Source of the DNA: Candidatus Parcubacteria bacterium
GTDB taxonomy: Bacteria > Patescibacteriota > Patescibacteriia > Patescibacteriales > BM507
Reading direction: 5' to 3'
Assembly (NCBI GenBank): GCA_002869265.1
Contig: PKTH01000030.1
Span: 1 to 51,699, forward strand
DNA: 51,699 nucleotides
The translations under genes and the position numbers were made by a program. Every line of letters begins with the position of its first letter. The stretch's first letter is position 1. This document shows positions 42,270 to 51,200 of this stretch, one piece after another. Below the pieces are notes generated by a model, which did not search any database, was not told where the DNA came from, and saw nothing but the letters and a program-made list of their open reading frames with translations.

Positions 42270-43310
42270 CTAGTAAGTTGGAGTTACGACATATGTTAGG
42301 GTAGTTTCATAATCACCAGCTTCTTGCAAAGCATTGATTTGAACTGAATAAGCTACGTTGGTTAACCCTTTGTCAGCTTCTGTGTTTGAAGAAGGTCCAT
42401 TGTGACCCATTATGACAAATGGTGTACCAACGGTTAGTCCTGCGTAGAATCCATCTGCAAATGTTGTCTCTCCATTTAGAGAGTCATTTTCATCGGAAGC
42501 AAAACCTAGATGCCCCCAAGTTGTTGGAGTGTCAAGATCTCCACTTGGAGCAATCCAGTCTGTAGGAGTGGTTGTAGCTGAGCCGTCAACAAAACTATCA
42601 ATAATAGCTCCAGCAGCTGTATCAAAATCAGAATTTTGAGTAACAGTTACTTGAAAACCATCCGAAGCATTTGTGGTGACACCTAATTGTTGGCCAAGTA
42701 TGTATTGGGTGCCTGGCAAGATATCTCCGAAAGCAGTTGTTGTCGCGGTTGATGTTCCTGTGGTTGCATCTCCATTGATTGTCACGCCATTATTAACACC
42801 ACTAAGTGCAAATGTTAGAGTTGAATCAACGTGAGCTGTAACAGTAACTGTATCAATAACAGCAACTTTTACAATTGATGACTCAAGTAATGTATCTCCT
42901 GAATCATAGGTCCTGATCTCGACATCATAGATTCCAGCAGTTGGGTTTGTAATATTATTAATTACAATTTGCTGGGTCCCAGTAGCTAGACCGTCTGTAT
43001 CATACAAACAGCTGGCTGTTCTAGGAGTTGATGTTCCTTCTGTACCATTGCCCTGACAGGTTATGTCAGCAGTGTCACCGATAATTCCAAAACTGGCACT
43101 TTGAAGTTCAACTTCAATATAACCGTTTGTGTCGAGAACTACAGCTGTGTCGAAATCAACAGTGTGATTAGCAAGAGTGCTAGGGGCTGATGTTGATAGG
43201 GTATCACTTACATTTGAAAGTGACGCTGCGTTTGCAACTGGAATAACAGCATATGTTAAGACCAATGAAAACACCACAACGAGCGTTAGCGCTTTTCTAA
43301 CTTTTTTCAT
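42270..43310 (-). CDS. Secreted surface protein with WxL-like C-terminal module
   Basis: 346 aa with a signal peptide. The N-terminal module reads NVSDTLSTSAPSTLANHTVDFDT. The C-terminal module resembles the WxL domain layout (FGDILPG...TTNASDGFQVTVTQ...LQEAGDYETTLTYVVTPTY) and is homologous to 43676..44782 and to the last ~170 aa of giant 2. Confidence 0.55.
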   Translation of the reverse strand: MKKVRKALTLVVVFSLVLTYAVIPVANAASLSNVSDTLSTSAPSTLANHTVDFDTAVVLDTNGYIEVELQSASFGIIGDTADITCQGNGTEGTSTPRTASCLYDTDGLATGTQQIVINNITNPTAGIYDVEIRTYDSGDTLLESSIVKVAVIDTVTVTAHVDSTLTFALSGVNNGVTINGDATTGTSTATTTAFGDILPGTQYILGQQLGVTTNASDGFQVTVTQNSDFDTAAGAIIDSFVDGSATTTPTDWIAPSGDLDTPTTWGHLGFASDENDSLNGETTFADGFYAGLTVGTPFVIMGHNGPSSNTEADKGLTNVAYSVQINALQEAGDYETTLTYVVTPTY

Positions 43311-43428
43311 GGGAATTGAAAATATTAGTTTTTTAAAAACAAGCTTGTTTTCAATTATTTGTTCTTATGGGTCGACCTTTTGCCGCATGGGGATCATGGA
43401 CAGCCCCAAAGCTCAAACAATTAACATT

Positions 43429-43437
43429 ATTATAACA
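43429..43437 (-). promoter_or_regulatory. Extended -10 promoter (TGTTATAAT) of 42270..43310
   Basis: The rc of 43429..43437 is TGTTATAAT. This predicts a ~110-nt 5' UTR that is unusually GC-rich for intergenic DNA in this window. Confidence 0.45.
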
Positions 43438-43606
43438 TATTTTAAACATATTATTAACTACTTGTCCCCATTTCTTTGTTTAAGCCTATTATAAACTGCA
43501 TTATTCTTTATTTTACTATAATATTTTAAAATTATTTTACTAAAATAAGCCTTCTTTTTTTCAAATATATGATATCGTATTGTAAACTTATCCACAGCTC
43601 AGAAAT

Positions 43607-43644
43607 AAAAAAAACTAAGCCCCCAGTAGGGACTTAGTTTTTTT
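43607..43644 (-). terminator. Terminator of 43676..44782
   Basis: Stem ACTAAG+CCC (43614..43622) / GGG-a-CTTAGT (43629..43638) with one bulge, flanked by an A-run (43607..43613) and a T-run (43638..43644). Confidence 0.7.
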
Positions 43645-43675
43645 GAGTGAGATATATTTGCTTGTCTTGGCTTTT

Positions 43676-44782
43676 TTAGTAGACAGGAGTTGCTACATAA
43701 GTAAGAACTGTTTCGTAGTCACCGGCTTCCTGTAGTGAGGAAACCTCTGCAGTATAAGCTACTAGAGTTCTACCTTTGTCAATGGTTTTACCATCAGCCG
43801 GAGAGTTGTGGTACATAACTTCAACTGAGTTAGCTGAACCGTATCCGTTGAAACCTACATACAAACCAGAGTTTGTATTTGCATCAAATGGATCTAGATC
43901 ACCCCAGTTAAGAGTTTCATCATCTGATGTTAATCCCATATGACCATAAGTCTCAAATGAATCAAGAATAGCTGATGGTTGTGCCCAAGCAGCAGGAGTG
44001 CTTGAACCAGTTCCGTCTGCGGCGTTATTAAAACTGTTAATAGTTGAATTAGAATCAGATCTAAGTTCATCATCTTGATAAACTACTACTGAATAACCAT
44101 CATCAGCATTAGTAATAACTTTTAACTCTTGGCAAAGTGTTTTTGGAGTATCTACAGCAAGTGTTCCGAAATCTAGTAATGTAGAAGAAGCAGAAGTATC
44201 AACATCACAAGCTTCACCATTTACCACAGCAGCTGTTGTAGTACCAGTAATTGTGAAGTTAAGAGTTGAAGTAACTCTAGCTGTCATTAGAACATTATCT
44301 ACGATAGCAACCATAGGGTATGCTTGATCGTATGTAACTGTCTCACCAGCATTTGTTGTATGAATATCCATTCTATAAAAACCTGCAGCTGGGTTTACTA
44401 CATCTGTAACAACTACTTGTAAAGTGCCAGATGCTACTCCACCAGCAGTTACTGGGCAAGTAATTGTGTTCACAGCTACTACTGCAGCTCCGAAGTTTCC
44501 AGCAGGACAAGTAACGTTTCCTTGAGCAATCCCCGAGAAATCATCATCATCTTCATCAATCTCAATGATTAGAAGATCTGTGTCCACTAAAGGAGTGACA
44601 GTTGTGAAATCAAAAGTGTGGGTTGCGGTTGCTCCTGGATCTGAGTCAGTAAGTGTATCACTAACATCGATCAAAGAGTTAATTTGCGCGTTTGCGAATG
44701 GGACCATTGGAAAGGCTCCATACATTGTCATCATCGATAGCATCACTATCCCAATGACTATTTTTTTTCTTAATTTTTTCAT
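43676..44782 (-). CDS. Secreted surface protein with WxL-like C-terminal module (paralog of 42270..43310)
   Basis: 368 aa with a signal peptide. The N-terminal module reads DVSDTLTDSDPGATATHTFDFTT. The C-terminal module reads FGTLAVD...ITNADDGYSVVVYQ...LQEAGDYETVLTYVATPVY. Confidence 0.55.
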   Translation of the reverse strand: MKKLRKKIVIGIVMLSMMTMYGAFPMVPFANAQINSLIDVSDTLTDSDPGATATHTFDFTTVTPLVDTDLLIIEIDEDDDDFSGIAQGNVTCPAGNFGAAVVAVNTITCPVTAGGVASGTLQVVVTDVVNPAAGFYRMDIHTTNAGETVTYDQAYPMVAIVDNVLMTARVTSTLNFTITGTTTAAVVNGEACDVDTSASSTLLDFGTLAVDTPKTLCQELKVITNADDGYSVVVYQDDELRSDSNSTINSFNNAADGTGSSTPAAWAQPSAILDSFETYGHMGLTSDDETLNWGDLDPFDANTNSGLYVGFNGYGSANSVEVMYHNSPADGKTIDKGRTLVAYTAEVSSLQEAGDYETVLTYVATPVY

Positions 44783-44890
44783 AAATTTTTTTATTTTTAT
44801 TTTTTATTTATATTAAGGAATTTAAACTTTGTTTAGGGTGCTAATCACTTAGCACTTACCTATAATCGACCTTTTAACAGAAAGGTAATA

Positions 44891-44927
44891 AAAAAATGCT
44901 TTCTGTTTAAACAAAAAGCATTTTTTT
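44891..44927. terminator. AT-rich bidirectional hairpin, possible terminator downstream of giant 2
   Basis: AAAAAATGCTTT (44891..44902) pairs with AAAGCATTTTTT (44915..44926), a 12-bp stem that is mostly A-T. It lies ~350 nt beyond the giant-2 stop. Confidence 0.4.
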
Positions 44928-45278
44928 ATATAAAATATCTAATTTTATACGAGTTTTGAATAGTTTAAGCTATTCTTGTTTGTTTTTGCTTTTTGTTTTT
45001 GAATTTGCTAGTTTTTCTAACAAATTTGTTTTTTAGTCTAGATGTAATTGTCAACGAACTTCCCTTTTTTTATCTTATATTACCATTATACACTATATAC
45101 TAGTTTTAGTCAATGTGCGTGAGCATTTATATACTATGGTTAACTAATATTAAATAAAATATTTAGTATTAATTATTTTAATAATTTTTTAACTTTTGAC
45201 TTATCAACAGTTATTTTTATTTAATGATAGCAAGTTAAAAAATAACATTAGAACATTTTTTTAAAATATTGTATATAT

Positions 45279-48200
45279 TTAATAGAAAGAAGGTATTAAT
45301 ATATAGTTAATTTGGGTAGCATAGTCTCCAGCCGCTTGGTTTGCTGTAATGTTAGTCCTAAAAACCATATCAACCACTTCATTACTAACTGGTATTTGGC
45401 TATATGAAACCTCCCTCATGGCTGTTTCTAGCTTTGCGTATGTATTATTAGGGGAAAATCTGGATGGAGAAGCTCCAGACAAGGTGTCATCTCCACTATG
45501 ATAACCAAAAGCACTTGGGTCTGGTGAAGAAGGCCAGGCAGACGGGGATGAATTTTCTGAGCTAACAGGGACTATTATATCACCTCCGTTACTAATCAGC
45601 TCTTGTGTTTGATAGACAAATAATTGGTAACCAGCACTAGCATTTGTGCTAATATTAAACCTTTGCACGGCAATTGCATCAAAGCCAGGACTTAAAGAAC
45701 CAAAAGGAATGCTTGAGGGGGTTGTGCTAATATTAGCTGTTACACCTTCTGTGCTTTGACCAGCGTCAAAGCTGTCAACTGCATAGCTAATACTCCCTGC
45801 ACTTGTCAAAAGACTTGGGAAGGAATTTACACTATTCTTAGCTATTGGTTCAGACTCATTGTTATCATAAGCCCTAAAATAATAGGTTACATAATCTGTA
45901 GCTCCATTGTTTCTAATTGTAAATTCCCACTCTCCAATGTCACCGGCTGGCAGATCATAAGTAGTAGTTGAAATACCAGATTCATTATGAGAGCCTCCTA
46001 TTATAATATCAGGCAATAGATTTGTGGTTACCGGATCATTGTCATCATCAACACCATTACCATATGTCCAAATTTCAGATGTTCCTATTTCACCCACTAA
46101 ATGGACATCAGTCGAAAAATCAGAATAAGTTGAATATTGTAAACGAATTTTAACATCATCACCGGTAATTCCTTCAATCTCTCTAATTCCTAATCTTAGT
46201 TTAATTATCGCCCCATCAGAGATGTCATTTGGGCTAGTGTTTAGGTTGGCGGCGCTACTGGTTGGTGTTTCATTTTGTTCATCATGATACCAATGCCAAT
46301 CAGCTGTTTCTGCTTGATATTTAATAATTATTGTTACCTCATTATCTGATACCGCCTTGTTACCATATTCATCAAATGCCCATATTCTAAACACATATTG
46401 ATGATTTGTTTCCAGTCCTGTAACTGTGGTTGTGGTTGCCCCATTATAATTAATATAGTCTAGATTTGCGTCAGAACTAGTTCCCCAGAGAGTATCTGAC
46501 AAAGTAACTCCACTAGAGCCTTCTTTGTAATATATTCTATAATCGCTGAAGTTTGTATCGAAGGTGCTTGTCGCAAATCCTAGAGTGATGCTATTGCTTG
46601 TCTTACTGACCTCAAATAAATCCCCTGGCGTACTTGGGTCTATATTATCTATTGTCAAAGTCGTGGTTGCTGACACTAGTTGTTCCTCAATCCCATCGAA
46701 AGTTGTGAGTTGTAAACAATAGTCACCATCGGCTGTTGGAATATCTGAGTTGGTAAGCCAATCAAAATTTACGGTATTTGGTCCAGCCGCACTAACAATC
46801 ATCCCCGAACTAGTTCCAACTTGGTAAGGGTAATCGTTGTCTATCTTTGGCTGCCCAAAATCGGCAGTAATGTTTGTGAGGTTTTCATCTAGGCTAGGAT
46901 CGAGAGGTGTTGTGAAGTCACAATCAATCCCGGAAACATAATCAATTCTTGCTTGATCCAAATCTCCACCAGCATCACTAACCTCTATAGAAATATCAAC
47001 TACTCCAGAACCATCGCTTTTTTGATTTACACTATTGAATACTCCCTCGACAGGTGGCGCCAAAGTAAGCTCTGGATATTTACTGTAAACCTCAACTGCT
47101 GTCCCTGAGTTTGTTAATCTAAAACAATAAACGTTTCCCGCTCTCGCATTTAAAGAAGGTTTAAAAGAGTATTCCATTTCAGTATAATCACCAGAGGCCA
47201 GATCTACTGCGTTTGCACTATTACCGGGATTTTCGACCATGTGTCCTGAAATAAAGTTATAAGCTTCGGAATTAGAAAGCTTCTGGGTTGTTGATAGCTG
47301 ATCTGAAAAATATATACTATCAATCATTTCAAAATGCTCTGTCGTTGCTGTGTCGGGTAAGCCAATCCAGGTTGAAATGTTTTCACAAAAATCATCTTTG
47401 AGACCATATTCGATATCAAAATTATAAGTACTAACATCAACGTCCCCTGTATTGGCCATAGAGATTCTCAGCCTAATCGGATCTTCTCTGCCAATTGGGA
47501 TAGATGCTGTTGGGTCATTGACGTCCTCGTTCTCCCTCCAGGTAGCAGAGACAATAATTGTCGTTGTAGTCGAAACCTCTCCACTGGCACTTGATTTATT
47601 CCCATAATCATCATAAGCCCAAATATTAAAGACATAGTCTGTGTTTTGCACTAAATTCTCAATAGTAGTTGTAGCAGCTGAATTATAGGAGATGTCTCCT
47701 AAGTTGAAATCATTATACTGATTAAATTCTAGATCGCTTTCACTCACTCCATTAGTCCCCTGCTTATAATATATTTTATATTCTGAAAAATTTGAATCTG
47801 TGCTAGAAGCTCCAAAATCAAGAGTCACTCCATACCCTGTTACACTGTTGACCGAAAGGTCTCCTGGAGCGCTGGGACTAACATTGTCAATATATATGGT
47901 AGTTGTAGCTGGAACGTTTTGATCGTCGATTCCATCATTTACCACGAGACGCATGCAATATACACCATCAGCTGAAGGTAGCTGAGATTTACTATCTCCA
48001 TCAAAGTTTACTGTATTTGAGCCACTAGAGGTTATGATACCTGTGCTTGTACCGATTTGATACTCATTGTCATTTTCAATGCCGACAATTCCATAATCGG
48101 CGCTTATGTTTTCCGGGCTTTCATCAAGCAGTGGAACTTGTGGTGAAGAAAAATCACAATCAGCCCCGGCAAAATCCAATTTAGCATAAACCAGATCACC

Positions 48201-51200
48201 ATTTGGATCATAGACCTCTATGGAAATATCAACCGTTCCTGATCCATCAATTTTTTGAGCAACAGAATTAAAGATACCGGTTGGAGGGGCATTAGTAGTA
48301 AGGGTGGTTTGCCCTGAATAATTTTTATTTCCAAAATCATCATAAGCATAAATTTTAAAACTGTATTGAGTATTTGCTAAAAGCCCCCCTATTGTAGTGG
48401 TGGTGGTCTCATTGAAATTTAGATCTAGAAGATCGGCGTCTATATGCTCTAAATCATTTTCCGTCACAGAAGCTGCTCCTTGTTTATAAAATATTTTGTA
48501 ATATTTAAAATTACTGTCTGTAGTGCTCGCTCCGAAACTAAGAGTTAAGCTATCACTAGTTCTACTAACATAAGATAGATCTCCTGGTGCAGTCGGGACA
48601 ACATTATCAATCACTAGGGTTGTGGTAGCTGGATTTGTTTCAGAGTCTTCTCCATCAAAAGCAGTCATTTTGAGGCAATAAGTTCCGTCGGCACTAGCTT
48701 CGTCACTAGCACTAAACCAGTCAAAGCTTACTGTGTTTGCGCCAGCACTTGTTTCAATCCAACCTGAAACATTACCGATCTGATATTCATTGTCATTCTC
48801 TACTTTAGCGTCTCCTGTTGTCGAGGTAGCGTTTGCATCTGTTTCATCTAGACTTGGATCTAGAGGGCTAGCAAAATTACAGTCGCTGCCAGAAACATAT
48901 TGAAGTCTTGCTTGCAAATCATCATCATTATCATCATCAAACTCAACAAAAATATCAACCAAGCCACTACCGTCTGTTCTCTGGGTAGCGCTTAGAATGT
49001 TTGAGCTTGGTGGAGCATTGGTGGTAATTGCCAGCTCAGTAGCACTTGCCTTATTTCCTGCTTCATCATAAACCCAGATATTAAACACATAATCAGTAAA
49101 GGGAGAAAGCCCGCCGATGACTGTTGTAGCAGCACTGTTGTAATCAATATCTGCTAAATTTATATCAGTCGAAGATGAATGGAGAGAATCGGTTTCAGCA
49201 ACCCCACTTAAGCCTTCTTTATAATAAATTTTATATTCTGCAAAATTTAGTTCTGTACTGGCTGAGCCAAAATTAAGAGTAACTGAGTTTTGGGTTCTAG
49301 AATCTAGACTTAGATTTCCGGGACTACTTGGCACTGTATTATCAACCTTGAAATTTGGGTCAACTCCATAATCCACCCAAAAAGAGCAAACACTATCATC
49401 GTCACAGGCCATTACTTGCCATTTATAACCTATGCTTGAGTCTGGAATATTTGTCGGATTTATCTGACCAATAAATGGAGTAACACTATAGTCACCCGAA
49501 GCAGATGTAATTGACCAAACCTTGGACGAACAAGAATCCCAAACTGCATCAAAAGAACAAGCTGAGCTTGTGCTGTTAGTAAAAGAGTCTGTGCTAGTGG
49601 CCAGCTCGAAATAAAGAGTGATAACTTCACTTGTATCACCGTCCAGAACTGAAGCCTCTAGTTTTATGTTATCCTCTTCTGTCCATGAATCATTTGTAAT
49701 TTGAGTACTTCCATTATTTTTGTATTGAACTAAAGACCCCGGGGAGGCTGGGATATCGTTTGTGCTGACTGTAAGCTCTGAAGCACTTGTCTTGTTTCCA
49801 TAAACATCATATGCCCAAATATTAAATACATAATCCGTCCCTTCGCTCAATCCACTAATGGTAGTTGAATTGCTTTGATTAAAATTTTGATCTAGGAGAT
49901 CACTATCTATGTGCTCTGTGTCAGTTTCTAACACTCCACTAGTCCCCTCTTTATAAAATATTTTATAATGAGAAAAATTTGGGTCACTAGAAGTCGCACC
50001 AAAGTCTATGATTATTTCATAAGTGTCTCTAGTATTTAGATTTAGATTGCCAGGAGCGCTAGGAGCAACGTTGTCTATTAAGACTGTAGTAGTGGCTGGA
50101 TTAGCCTGATCAAACGTTCCATCATTTGCAGTTAATTGCAAACAATAAATATTGTTTGGTGATGTAACATCAACACTTGAGAGCCAGTCAAAGTTTACAG
50201 TGTTCGAACCAGGGGAAGTTTGAATCCAAGCTGTACTTGAACCTACCTGATAAGTAGTGTTGTTATCTATGTCTGGATCTCCGTAATCAGCGGTTACATT
50301 TGAATCGGTTTCATCAAGACTAGGATCAAGCGGTGTTGTGAAATCACAGCTTGTTCCAGCTACATAATCAATACGTGCTCTAAGAGTATCATCATTGTCG
50401 TTATCGTCGACTTCAATAGAAATATCTACAGTACCACTGCCGTCGGTTTTTTGAGCCGCTGAATTAAAAAGGGCTACTGGAGGCGTGGCTGCTGTTTGGG
50501 TGGTGGTACTATATTCAGTCGCCCCAACATAATTTCCTGCCAAGTCAAAAGCGTAAATGTTAAATACATATGTAGTTCCAGCTGGCAAATCATTAACAAC
50601 TACTGTGCTTGCTCCGTTGTAATCAGAATATCCTAAATTTGGATCATCTGTGGAATTAAATTCTGTATCATTTATTGAAACTCCTGAACCCCCCTCTTTA
50701 TAAAAAATCTTATATTCAGAAAAATTAGAATCACTTGAGGTCGCCCCAAAATTCAAAGTTACATCTGTACTAGTTTTTGAGTTAAAAGTCAGATCCCCAG
50801 GAGTACTAGGGTCTATTGTGTCAACCTTAAAGTTTGGATTGCTGTCAAAAACTGTCCACTCAGAACAAACCCCATTAATTCCACAAGCCAAAGATTGCCA
50901 TTTGTAACCACTGGCTGAATCATCGATATTTGTCACATTTACTGTTCCAACATAAGGGCTAACAGTAAAATCTCCGGAACCTGATTGAACATACCAGACA
51001 CCTGAAAGACAAGAGGCGAAATCAGTTCCGCTAACACAAGCTCCACTAGGTTCGGAAGTTGCCGTAGTAAAAGAGCCTCCGTCTACCAAGACTTCAAAAT
51101 ATATTCTTATAGTTTCTGGATTATCACCATCGTTTACGCTGGCTCTTAGTTTTATATTGTCTTCATCGGTCCAGGCTCCATTTAAAATTTCGGTAACTTC

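Noticed and set aside
43177-43494. 105-aa plus-strand ORF spanning the 5' end and upstream region of 42270..43310
   Set aside because: It runs antisense through a signal-peptide coding region and the promoter/UTR. It has no start context and no recognisable motifs.
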